Assembly: GCA_038233375.1 (NCBI GenBank) | Contig: JBBSMC010000005.1 | Location: 2,296-66,295 of the forward strand | Length of the DNA: 64,000 nt | Source: Solirubrobacterales bacterium | Lineage (GTDB): Bacteria > Actinomycetota > Thermoleophilia > Solirubrobacterales > Solirubrobacteraceae | Direction: 5' to 3' | Shown: one piece after another, positions 37,787 to 46,498 of the stretch | Position numbering within the stretch: position 1 is the stretch's first letter | Layout: each line of letters opens with the position of its first letter | Translations under genes and position numbers: made by a program | Notes under the pieces: generated by a model | Databases searched by the model: none | Told to the model about the DNA's origin: nothing | The model's input: only the letters and a program-made list of their open reading frames with translations

Positions 37787-38154
37787 AGACGCCGTCGCGC
37801 AGCCGCATCACGCCACACGCCAGCCGGCGCGGCGACCGCGGCGGTGACCCGCTCGATGGCCTCGTCAACCTCTTCGACCTCGGCATCGTGCTCGCGGTCG
37901 CGTTCCTGGTCGCCGCGCTGCAGTCCGTCAACCTCTCGGACCTGCTGACGCAGGAGAACGTCACCGTGCTGCGCACGGAGGCCGACAGCCAGACGCTGAT
38001 CGTCAAGGAGGGCGAGTCGATCAAGACCGTCAAGCTCAGCAAGCAGACCGTGACCGGCTCCGGCCGCCGGGTCGGCGAGGTCTTCCGGCTGCAGGACGGG
38101 CGCCTGGTCTACGTCACGGGCGAGGGCGGCAAGGTCGTCGACCCGACGCCGTGA
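37783..38154 (+). CDS. DUF2149-like, ExbD/TolR-like single-pass membrane protein
   Basis: Its ATG overlaps the upstream stop. One N-terminal TM helix with an Asp at its entrance (LVNLFDLGIVLAVAFLVAAL), followed by a small beta-rich domain. Confidence 0.5.
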   Translation: MKTPSRSRITPHASRRGDRGGDPLDGLVNLFDLGIVLAVAFLVAALQSVNLSDLLTQENVTVLRTEADSQTLIVKEGESIKTVKLSKQTVTGSGRRVGEVFRLQDGRLVYVTGEGGKVVDPTP

Positions 38155-39494
38155 GCGCCTGACCGGTAGACCGCCGTCAGCAGGACGCTGAGCACGGCTG
38201 TGGCGGCGAAGTAGCCGACCTCGGTGCGCAGCAGCTGGTCGTCGATCACCGGGCTCAGCATCCAGACGACGAAGGCGGCGGCGCTGACCAGCCACGCGAT
38301 CGCCGCGCCGAGCGCCTGCCCGCGGGCCAGCGCCGCCTGGTTGAGCGTGCCCGCGATCAGGTGAAAGCCCATCCCCAGGCCGACGAGCGCCAACCCGCCG
38401 CGGGCGATATCGCGATCGATGTCGAACACCGTGCGCACGACCGGCGGGCCGATCGCGAACAGGCCGGCGGCGACCGCCAGCGCGAAGCCGGCGATCGCCA
38501 GCACGGTGATGCGGATCGCACGGCGAAACTCGTCGGCGCCGGCGGTCGCCTGCAGCGCCGCGAGGTGGGGCAGCAGCGACCCCTGCACGGCCTGGAAGAG
38601 CTGCAGCGGAGCCCGCGTGATCATCAGCACGCTGAAGACGACGCCTGCCAGCACGGCATCGTCGGAGGTGCCCTCGACGGTCAGCACGGCGGCGTTGAGC
38701 AGCGTCTGCTCGGAGAGCATGATCGCGAAGACCGCGACCGCGAAGCCGAGGCCGTGGCGCATCGTCAGCCCGCCTTCGCCCTCCTCGACCGCGCCCGGGT
38801 GGGCAGCGCCCGCGGTATCCGCGCCCGTGGCCGTGTCCCCGGCGTCATGGCGGGTGGTCGGCGGGTCGCGCCGCGCGAAGAACCACGGCACGACGAGCAG
38901 CGACATGAGCGGCGCGATCGCCATCCCGAGCGCGACCGCCGCTTGCCCCGATGCGATCCCGACGACGACCGCCAGCGCGAAGCAGACCCGCGAGACCGCC
39001 TCGAGGAAGACGAGCAGGCCGTAGAGCTCGAAGCGCTGGTGGCCGGCGAGGAAGCCGCGCGCGAAGTAGCTCGCCGCATAGGCCAGGACGCCGACGACGA
39101 GCACCCAGTACAGCGCCGCCGAGCCGTCGAAGAGGTCGTCCTGCAGCAGATCGCGCAGCGCGAGCGCCAAGAGCAGGAAGGCGAGCGCGAAGCTCGCCTG
39201 GATCGCCAGCGCGACGCGCAGGTTGTGACCGCCGCTGTGGCCGCGCGCACGGCGGTCGGCGATCGTGCGCGACAGCAACTGCTCGATCGGCCGGTAGATG
39301 ACCGACGCGACGACGAACATGATCGACCAGACGAGCGAGATGCGCTTGTACTCGAGATCGGAGAGCGCGTGGGCGGCGAGCGCGAAGTAGGCCAGCGTGA
39401 CGACGCCGGTCGTCGCGATGCCGATCGAGAGGATCCGAGCGCCGCGACCGTAGGAGGACCGCGCTGGCGAGACGCTGGTAGCGGGCGTCGACAC
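38109..39494 (-). CDS. Polysaccharide/oligosaccharide flippase-like protein (MOP/Wzx superfamily)
   Basis: 461 aa with about 12-14 predicted TM helices. It is the last gene of the GT2-methyltransferase operon. Confidence 0.65.
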   Translation of the reverse strand: MSTPATSVSPARSSYGRGARILSIGIATTGVVTLAYFALAAHALSDLEYKRISLVWSIMFVVASVIYRPIEQLLSRTIADRRARGHSGGHNLRVALAIQASFALAFLLLALALRDLLQDDLFDGSAALYWVLVVGVLAYAASYFARGFLAGHQRFELYGLLVFLEAVSRVCFALAVVVGIASGQAAVALGMAIAPLMSLLVVPWFFARRDPPTTRHDAGDTATGADTAGAAHPGAVEEGEGGLTMRHGLGFAVAVFAIMLSEQTLLNAAVLTVEGTSDDAVLAGVVFSVLMITRAPLQLFQAVQGSLLPHLAALQATAGADEFRRAIRITVLAIAGFALAVAAGLFAIGPPVVRTVFDIDRDIARGGLALVGLGMGFHLIAGTLNQAALARGQALGAAIAWLVSAAAFVVWMLSPVIDDQLLRTEVGYFAATAVLSVLLTAVYRSGAHGVGSTTLPPSPVT

Positions 39495-39503
39495 GCCGCC
39501 GGG

Positions 39504-40190
39504 CTACAGGCGGACGAGCAGCATGGTCCACGGAAACGGCGAGCGCGCCTCGATGACGTCGCCGTGGCGCGACAGCAGCTTCACGAAGCTGCGCTTGGAC
39601 CAGTGGTTCAGGTGCCCCGGCGTGTTACCGAGGTCCTTGGTGTAGGCGCCGCGCGCCATGTTCAGCCCGCGCCAGAGCGGCTCGCGCGGCACGGAGACGA
39701 GCAGGTGCCCGCTCGCCACGCGCGCCATCTCGGCCACGGTGTGGGCCGGATCGGGCACGTGCTCGAGCACCTCGATCGCCGTCGCGACATCGAACTCGCC
39801 GTCGGCGAACGGCAGGTTCTCGGCCTTCATGACGCGGTAGGCGAGGTTCGGCGCCTGGCGTCCTTCCCACTCGGCGTGCAGCAGCGGGTCGTCGAGGTCG
39901 ATGCCGACGACGCGGCGCTCGCCGAGCCGCTGGGCCCACTTGTGCGTCAGCACCGCCTCGCCGCAGCCGACGTCGAGCAGCGACTGCGGCGCCGCCTGCG
40001 CGAAGAGCTCGTCGAGCGTGCGCTCGAAGGCGCCCATGAGACGCCGGACGACGGGGTTCGTCGAGCCGTACTTGTCGTAGGTGTTGCCGGTGACCGTGCC
40101 TTCCGCATCGACGGTCAGCGTGCCCGAGCCGCCATCCGGCCGGCTCTTCTGAGGACGCTGTCCGCCATCCGGAGGGCTCGCCGGCGTCAC
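39504..40190 (-). CDS. Class I SAM-dependent methyltransferase
   Basis: SAM motif I LLDVGCGEAVL and AIEVLEHVPDP. Confidence 0.85.
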   Translation of the reverse strand: MTPASPPDGGQRPQKSRPDGGSGTLTVDAEGTVTGNTYDKYGSTNPVVRRLMGAFERTLDELFAQAAPQSLLDVGCGEAVLTHKWAQRLGERRVVGIDLDDPLLHAEWEGRQAPNLAYRVMKAENLPFADGEFDVATAIEVLEHVPDPAHTVAEMARVASGHLLVSVPREPLWRGLNMARGAYTKDLGNTPGHLNHWSKRSFVKLLSRHGDVIEARSPFPWTMLLVRL

Positions 40191-41251
40191 AGGCGCACCA
40201 CGTCGCGCTCATCGGTCTTGCCGGTCGCGGCGCCCGCGTCGGCGCCGGTCGTCGGGGCCTGACCGGCGGCGCCCGGCGCGCCGGGCTCGTAGTGCGAGGG
40301 CGCGACGCCGAGCTCGAGCTCGATGCGCCGCACGCGCTCGAAGGTGCGCTGGATCATCGTGCGCTGCGCCGACATGAGGTCGCCCATGACGCCGAGCGCC
40401 GCGAGCACCATCGCCGCGTTGAAGAGCACCGCGCCGAGGATCAGCGACTGGACGTGGCCCTTGCCCTCGTCCTCGAAGACGTAGAAGTACGCAAAGCGCG
40501 CCCAGACGACGAGCGCCGCCAGCCCGACCACCGCGGCCGCGGTCATGAAGACGCGCAGCGGCTCGTACTGCGAGTAGATGCGGAAGATCGAGACCGAGTT
40601 GCGGCGCACGTATGACCACATCGACGGAAACAGGCGCGACTCGCGCGTCTTGGGGTTCGTCCGGATCGCGACATGGTCGACGGCGACGAGCTGCTTGCCC
40701 GCCTGGATGATCGTCTCCAGCGTGTAGGTGAACTTCGAGACGACCGCCATCTGGATCGCGGCCTCGCGGTTGTAGGCGCGAAAGCCCGAGGTCGTGTCGG
40801 GGACCTCGGTGGAGGACGCCTGGCGCACGACCCACGAGCCGAGGCGCTGCAGCGTGACCTTCAGCGGGGAGAAGTGCTCGATCTTCTGGACCTCGCGGTT
40901 GCCGACGACCATGTCGGCCTTGCCGGCGAGGATCGGCCCCACGAGCTTGGGGATGTCCTTGCCGTCGTACTGGTTGTCGCCGTCGGTGTTGACGATCACG
41001 TCGGCGCCGAGCTTGAGGCACGCGTCGAGGCCCGCCTGGAAGCCCGCGGCCAGGCCCTTGTTGTTCGTCAGCCGCACGATGTGGTCGACGCCACCGGCCC
41101 GCGCGACCTCGATCGTCTTGTCCGTCGAGCCGTCGTCGATGATCAGCCACTCGACCGCGTCGAAGCCGTCGACGCGCCGGGGCAGGTCCGCCAGCACGAG
41201 CGGGAGTGTCTGCTCCTCGTTGAAGCAGGGGATCTGGATGATCAGCTTCAT
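40187..41251 (-). CDS. GT2 glycosyltransferase, polyprenol-phosphate sugar synthase type (Dpm1/GtrB-like) with C-terminal TM helices
   Basis: IQIPCFNEE, IIDDGSTDKT, a DGDNQ (DxD region), and two TM helices near the C-terminus. Confidence 0.85.
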   Translation of the reverse strand: MKLIIQIPCFNEEQTLPLVLADLPRRVDGFDAVEWLIIDDGSTDKTIEVARAGGVDHIVRLTNNKGLAAGFQAGLDACLKLGADVIVNTDGDNQYDGKDIPKLVGPILAGKADMVVGNREVQKIEHFSPLKVTLQRLGSWVVRQASSTEVPDTTSGFRAYNREAAIQMAVVSKFTYTLETIIQAGKQLVAVDHVAIRTNPKTRESRLFPSMWSYVRRNSVSIFRIYSQYEPLRVFMTAAAVVGLAALVVWARFAYFYVFEDEGKGHVQSLILGAVLFNAAMVLAALGVMGDLMSAQRTMIQRTFERVRRIELELGVAPSHYEPGAPGAAGQAPTTGADAGAATGKTDERDVVRL

Positions 41252-41287
41252 GCGGTTGGTCCGCGTGGAATCCTAACGTTCATCGAA

Positions 41288-42823
41288 GTGTCATCCGCGC
41301 CCAGCGCCACCAGCCCGGCCCCCGTCGCACCGCCGCCGCCCGCCGAGGCTCCGGTCGCGGAGCGTCGGCGCCTGCCCGCGATCGCCGTCGGCGTCTACGA
41401 GAAGCTCGCGCTGGGCGTGCTCGCGCTGGCCGCCCTCGTCGGCTACATCGTCTACCCGACGTATCCCAACTACGACTCGTACTACTCGCTGCTGTGGGGG
41501 CGCGAGCTCGTCGGGCTGGACCCGCTGTCCTTCACGGCCTATCGCGCGCCGACCGAGCATCCGCTGGCGATCGCCTTCGGCGCGCTGCTGACGCCGCTGG
41601 GCAACGACGCCGATCGCGTGATGGTCGCCTGCGCGGTGATCTCGTTCCTGGTCCTCGTGGCCGGCGTCTACACGCTCGCCAAGACCGCGTTCACGCCGCT
41701 CGTCGGCTTCGCGGCCGCGGCGCTGCTCGTCTCGCGCTTCGACTTCCCCTTCCTCGCCGCCCGCGGCTACATCGACATCCCGTATCTCGCGGTGATCATG
41801 TGGGCGGCGGTGATCGAGGCGCGCGCGCCACGCAGGCACCCGGTCGTCGTGCTCTCGCTGCTCGCCGCGGCCGGGCTCATGCGGCCGGAGGCGTGGCTGC
41901 TGGCCGGCCTGTACTGGCTGTGGATCGTGCTGCGCGCCGGCGTCACGTGGCGCCGGCGGTTCGCCTACGCCGCGCTGGCGGCGGTCGGGCCGCTCGTCTG
42001 GGTCGCCACCGACTTCGCCGTCACCGGCAACCCGCTGTACTCGCTGACGGCGACCGGCGAGCTCGCCGAGGAGCTCGGCCGCAACAAGGGGGGCGCCGCC
42101 GTGCCGGCCGCGCTGTGGGCCTTCCTGATCAAGCTCGCGAAGTTCCCGGTCGTCATCGCCGGCGTGTTCGGGCTCGTCCTCGCCGTGCTGCTGACGCCGC
42201 GCCGCGCGCTCATGCCGCTGGCGCTCTTCGCCGTCGGGGTCGGCACGTTCGCGCTCGTCGGATTCGCCGGCCTGTCGGTGATCGACCGCTATCTGCTCGT
42301 GCCGTCGCTGTGCGTGATGATCTTCGCGGCCGTCTTCATCGCCGGCTGGACGATGCTCGAGCCCGGCAACGGGTGGCGGCGGGCCTGGATGACAGGCGGC
42401 GCCGCGATCCTCATCTTCGGCATCGTGTTCACGGCGACCCGCGTTAACCTCGTGCAGCTGCGCAACGAGCTGCAGTTCCGCGGGGACTCCCACGTCGCGC
42501 TCGAGCGCGTGCTGCGCGACCCGGCGGTGACGCGCGCGCTGCGCTGTGGAACCGTCTACGTGCCCAACCACAAGCTCATCCCCGACGTGCGCTGGATCCT
42601 CGACCGTCCGAAGGAGGGCGTGCTCGCGCGCTCCAACGTCCGCTCCACGAAGAACCCCGCGCCGCCGCCGACGCGCGGCGTCGTGATCCTCGTCCACAAC
42701 CGCCCGGCGCTCTTCAAGCAGGCCTTCGTCACCCCCGCCGACGAGTCCGCCGACAACCTCCCGCCGGCCGGCTACGACCGGGCCGCCACGAGCCAGTACT
42801 ACGCCGCCTATGTCAACTGTTGA
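41288..42823 (+). CDS. GT-C-fold membrane glycosyltransferase-like protein
   Basis: Polytopic protein. The first extracytoplasmic loop is rich in aromatic and acidic residues (YPNYDSYYSLLWGREL). The GTG start is inferred within ORF 40673..42823. Confidence 0.55.
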   Translation: MSSAPSATSPAPVAPPPPAEAPVAERRRLPAIAVGVYEKLALGVLALAALVGYIVYPTYPNYDSYYSLLWGRELVGLDPLSFTAYRAPTEHPLAIAFGALLTPLGNDADRVMVACAVISFLVLVAGVYTLAKTAFTPLVGFAAAALLVSRFDFPFLAARGYIDIPYLAVIMWAAVIEARAPRRHPVVVLSLLAAAGLMRPEAWLLAGLYWLWIVLRAGVTWRRRFAYAALAAVGPLVWVATDFAVTGNPLYSLTATGELAEELGRNKGGAAVPAALWAFLIKLAKFPVVIAGVFGLVLAVLLTPRRALMPLALFAVGVGTFALVGFAGLSVIDRYLLVPSLCVMIFAAVFIAGWTMLEPGNGWRRAWMTGGAAILIFGIVFTATRVNLVQLRNELQFRGDSHVALERVLRDPAVTRALRCGTVYVPNHKLIPDVRWILDRPKEGVLARSNVRSTKNPAPPPTRGVVILVHNRPALFKQAFVTPADESADNLPPAGYDRAATSQYYAAYVNC

Positions 42824-44648
42824 GAGCCCAGAGCGCGACGGCGACGCGCAGGCGCCGCAGTCGCCGCCGGCCGAGGGCGGCGGGCTGACGGGACTGCTGA
42901 CCGGCCCCGGGCTGAGCCTGCGAGCGCCCAGCCGCGAGCGGCTCATCTGGGGCGCGGCCGTCAGCGGCCTGCTGCTGCTCGCCTTCCTGCTGCGCATCTG
43001 GGGCAACGGCCACGGCCTGCCCTACGCCTACAACGCCGACGAGAACGCGCATTTCGTGACCCGCGCGATCGGGCTCTTCGGACACGACTGGGATCCCAAC
43101 TACTACATCAACCCGCCGGCCTACACGTACCTCGTGCACCTCGTGCTCGGGGTCTGGTACGGCGGCCGGGCGGGCGTTTCGAACTCCTTTGCCGCCGATC
43201 CGACGACGATCTGGATCATCTCGCGCACCGTCGCGGCCCTGCTGGGCACGCTCGCGGTCTGGCTGCTGTACCTCGCCGGCGCGCGGCTCGTGGACCGCCG
43301 CGTCGGCCTGCTGGCGGCCGGCATCTTCACGGTCGCCTTCCTGCCGGTCTTCTACTCCAAGCTCGCGCTCAACGACGTGCCGACGCTCGCCGGCGTCTGC
43401 CTGGCGCTGTGGGGCGCCGCCGGCATCCTGCGCAACGGCCGGCTGCGCGACTACGTCCTGGCCGGGCTCGGGCTCGGGCTGGCCTGCGCGACGAAGTACA
43501 CCGGCGGGATCGTGCTGCTGCCGATCGTCGCCGCCGCGATCGCGCAGTTCACGGCATCCGGCGGCAAAGCGGGCGCGCTGCGCGGCATCGCGATCGTCGC
43601 CGGCATGGCGCTCGTGTCGTTCTTCGCCGCCAACCCGTACTCCGTGCTGGACTTCTCCTCGTTCTGGGACGGGCTGACGCATCAGTCGACGGCGTCCGGC
43701 GACGCCGCCGGCAAGCTCGGGCTCACGCAGGACTCCGGCTACGCGTACTACCTGTGGTCGTTCGGCTGGGGCCTGGGTTGGGTCCCCCTGCTGTTCGCGG
43801 TCGGTGGTTGCGTGCGGCTGTTCGTCGACGAGCGGCGGCTGTTCTGGATGCTCGTGCCGCCGATCGTCGTCTTCGTCCTGTTCATGGGCTCGCAGGAGCG
43901 CTACTTCGGGCGCTGGCTGATGCCGGTCTTCCCCTTCGTCTGCGTGCTGGCCGCCTACGGCGCGATCGAGCTCGCCGACCGGCTCGGGCGCATGTCGCCG
44001 GCCCTGCGGCCGACGATCATCACGGCGGCGGTCGTGCTGCTGTGCGGGCAGGGCCTCGTCTACTCGCTGCACTCGGGCCTGGTGCTCTCCCGCGACGACA
44101 CGCGCAACATCGCCCGCGAGTGGATGGTGGCGAACGTTCCGGAGCGGACGAAGATCGTCGTCGAGCCGGTCGTGCCCGACCAGTGGGCGCAGGACATCGG
44201 CAAGCCGTCCGCGCTCTTGGACAACGGCAACCGCTGGAACAAGTATCCGCTCAGCCGCAGGATCGATCCGGCGACCGGGGAGCCGGTGCCCGGCGCGGCC
44301 GGCATCGTGAACATCGAGGACTTCGAGCGCGTGCTGCACCCCGGCCTCGTCGACCTCTTCGAGCAGCAGTCCTACTGCTACGTCGTCGTCGGCTCCACCC
44401 AGCGCGGCCGCGCCGAGGTCGAGCCCGAGGTGGTGCCGCAGGCGCTGGCCTACTACAGGGAGCTCGAGCGCCGCTCGGAGGTGGCCTACGAGGTGTCGCC
44501 CTACTCGCGCGGGAAGGGCCCCGTGGCGTTCAACTTCGACTGGACGTTCAACTACTACCCGCTGGCCTACAACCGCCCTGGGCCGACCATGACGATCTAC
44601 CGCCTGCGCGGCGGCCGCTGCGCCGAGGAGGTCACCGCAAACCCGTAG
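42810..44648 (+). CDS. GT-C-fold glycosyltransferase (ArnT/PMT, GT39/GT83-like)
   Basis: First-loop motif YNADENAHF (a DE-type motif), about 10 TM helices, and a soluble C-terminal domain. Confidence 0.65.
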   Translation: MSTVESPERDGDAQAPQSPPAEGGGLTGLLTGPGLSLRAPSRERLIWGAAVSGLLLLAFLLRIWGNGHGLPYAYNADENAHFVTRAIGLFGHDWDPNYYINPPAYTYLVHLVLGVWYGGRAGVSNSFAADPTTIWIISRTVAALLGTLAVWLLYLAGARLVDRRVGLLAAGIFTVAFLPVFYSKLALNDVPTLAGVCLALWGAAGILRNGRLRDYVLAGLGLGLACATKYTGGIVLLPIVAAAIAQFTASGGKAGALRGIAIVAGMALVSFFAANPYSVLDFSSFWDGLTHQSTASGDAAGKLGLTQDSGYAYYLWSFGWGLGWVPLLFAVGGCVRLFVDERRLFWMLVPPIVVFVLFMGSQERYFGRWLMPVFPFVCVLAAYGAIELADRLGRMSPALRPTIITAAVVLLCGQGLVYSLHSGLVLSRDDTRNIAREWMVANVPERTKIVVEPVVPDQWAQDIGKPSALLDNGNRWNKYPLSRRIDPATGEPVPGAAGIVNIEDFERVLHPGLVDLFEQQSYCYVVVGSTQRGRAEVEPEVVPQALAYYRELERRSEVAYEVSPYSRGKGPVAFNFDWTFNYYPLAYNRPGPTMTIYRLRGGRCAEEVTANP

Positions 44649-44679
44649 ATCGCGGTCGTGCGCGCGTCCCTATGCTGGG

Positions 44680-45813
44680 ATGGTGTCCACGCTGACCGCG
44701 GTCGACCACGACCATCTCGCACGTTCGATCGAGCTTGCCGAGTTCGGCTTGGGGCGCGTGCATCCCAACCCGATGGTCGGCGCCCTGGTCGTGCGCGACG
44801 AGAAGATCCTGGGGGAGGGCTGGCACGAGGAGTGCGGCGGGCCGCACGCCGAGGTCAACGCGATCGGCGCCGCGGCGGCGGCCGGCGCGACCGACCTGAC
44901 GGGCACGACGCTCTACGTCTCGATGGAGCCGTGCTGTCACCACGGCAAGACGCCGCCGTGCACCGATGCGATCATCGCCGCCGGCTTCGCTCGCGTCGTT
45001 GTGGCTTCCGACGATCCGAGCTCCAAGGCCGCCGGCCGCGGCCTGGGCATCCTGCGCGACGAGTCGATCGAGGTCGATGTCGCCGACGGCGAGCTCGCCG
45101 TCCGCGCCCGCCTCGTCAACCAGGCCTTCCGCAAGCACGCCCGCACGGCCCGGCCGTGGGTGCTGTTCAAGTCGGCGATGACGCTCGACGGCAAGGTCGC
45201 CACCCGCACCGGCGACTCGCAGTGGATCTCCGACGAATCCAGCCGCGCCCGCGCCCATCGCTGGCGCGCGAGCCTCGACGCCGTCGCGGTCGGGATCGGC
45301 ACGGCGCTGGCCGATGACCCGCAGCTGACGTCGCGCGTCGAGGGCGTCCACCACCAGCCGATCCGCGTCGTGTTCGACGCCACCGCGCGCCTGCCGCTGG
45401 ACTCCCAGCTCGTCCGTGCCGCGCCGGAGTCGGCGCTGACCGTCGTCGTGTCGCGCGCCGCGCGCCGCTCCGCGATGGAGGCGCTGACGATGGCCGGCGC
45501 CGAGGTCGTCGTCGCGACCGGCGAGAACGAGCCCGCCCGCGTGCGTTCGGCCCTCGACCAGCTCGGCGCCCGCGGCATCACGTCGATCCTGCTCGAGGGC
45601 GGGCCGCACCTAGCCGGCGCCTTCCTCGACGCCGGCGAGATCGACGAGGTCCGCCTGTTCCTCGCGCCGCTGCTGCTCGGCGGGCGCGCCGCCCGCGACC
45701 CGCTCGAGGGCGAGGGCGTCGAGCAGATCTCCGAGGCGATCCGCGCGCTCACGCTCGACTGCGAGCGCGTGGCCGACGACCTGCTGATCTCCGCCCGCCT
45801 GCGGGAGTGGTGA
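44680..45813 (+). CDS. ribD: Bifunctional riboflavin biosynthesis deaminase/reductase
   Basis: Deaminase zinc motifs HAEVNA and PCCHHGKTPPC, plus the reductase domain. Confidence 0.95.
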   Translation: MVSTLTAVDHDHLARSIELAEFGLGRVHPNPMVGALVVRDEKILGEGWHEECGGPHAEVNAIGAAAAAGATDLTGTTLYVSMEPCCHHGKTPPCTDAIIAAGFARVVVASDDPSSKAAGRGLGILRDESIEVDVADGELAVRARLVNQAFRKHARTARPWVLFKSAMTLDGKVATRTGDSQWISDESSRARAHRWRASLDAVAVGIGTALADDPQLTSRVEGVHHQPIRVVFDATARLPLDSQLVRAAPESALTVVVSRAARRSAMEALTMAGAEVVVATGENEPARVRSALDQLGARGITSILLEGGPHLAGAFLDAGEIDEVRLFLAPLLLGGRAARDPLEGEGVEQISEAIRALTLDCERVADDLLISARLREW

Positions 45814-45880
45814 TGGTCTCGCCAGGCCGGATGACGAGCGTGATCTCAGCTGCGGGGCCCGAGGCCCCGCGGAGGTAACC

Positions 45881-46498
45881 ATTTTCACGGGCCTCGTGGC
45901 CGACCTCGGCAGCGTTGCCGCGCTCGATCCGACTCACGACGGCCTGCGCCTGACGCTGCGCTCCCAGCTGGCTTCTGAGGTGGCCGAGGGCGACTCGGTG
46001 GCCGTCAACGGGGTCTGCCTGACGGCGACCGCGGTCGACCGCGACAGCTTCGCCACCGAGGTCATGCACGAGACGCTGGACCGCAGCACCCTGCAGGCGG
46101 TCGCGGCGGGCGCGCAGGTCAACCTCGAGCTCGCCGTCCGCGCCGCCGACCGCCTCGGCGGGCACATCATGCAGGGCCACGTCGACGGCGTCGCCACGGT
46201 CGCCGCGCTGCGCGAGGACGGCTTCGCCCGCGTCGTGACGATCGCACCCGACGACCGGGCGCTGCTGCGCTACATCGTCCACAAGGGCTCGATCGCCGTC
46301 GACGGCGTCTCGCTGACGGTCGCGCGGATCGACGACGCCGGCTTCGACGTCTCGCTCATCCCGGAGACGCTGGAGCGCACGACGCTTGGTGGCGCGGTCG
46401 CCGGCGCGCGCTGCAACCTCGAGGTCGACGTCATGGCGAAGTACGTCGAGAAGCTGCTGTCGCTCCAGCCCCGTGGTTCCCCCGGTTTGCCAAGCTAA
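45881..46498 (+). CDS. ribE: Riboflavin synthase alpha chain, probable ATT start
   Basis: The universally conserved N-terminus MFTGxV is encoded as ATT-TTC-ACG-GGC-CTC-GTG, 15 nt upstream of the first ATG. A GGAGG sits 5 nt before the ATT. There is no ATG, GTG or TTG in frame between the ribD stop and the ATT. Confidence 0.8.
   Translation: MFTGLVADLGSVAALDPTHDGLRLTLRSQLASEVAEGDSVAVNGVCLTATAVDRDSFATEVMHETLDRSTLQAVAAGAQVNLELAVRAADRLGGHIMQGHVDGVATVAALREDGFARVVTIAPDDRALLRYIVHKGSIAVDGVSLTVARIDDAGFDVSLIPETLERTTLGGAVAGARCNLEVDVMAKYVEKLLSLQPRGSPGLPS

Noticed and set aside
37136-38154. The MotA-like/ExbD-like pair as a Zorya-type (ZorAB) anti-phage system.
   Set aside because: ZorA proteins are much larger and carry a long C-terminal tail. 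ZorB has a peptidoglycan-binding domain, and ZorC/D or ZorE partners are required. None of these features is present, so it is reported instead as an unassigned stator-like module.
44649-44679. An FMN riboswitch expected upstream of the ribD-ribE-ribBA-ribH operon.
   Set aside because: Only about 30 nt separate the preceding GT-C gene from ribD. That is far too short for an FMN aptamer, and I saw no aptamer-like conserved sequence. A riboswitch may sit upstream of a riboflavin transporter elsewhere in the genome.
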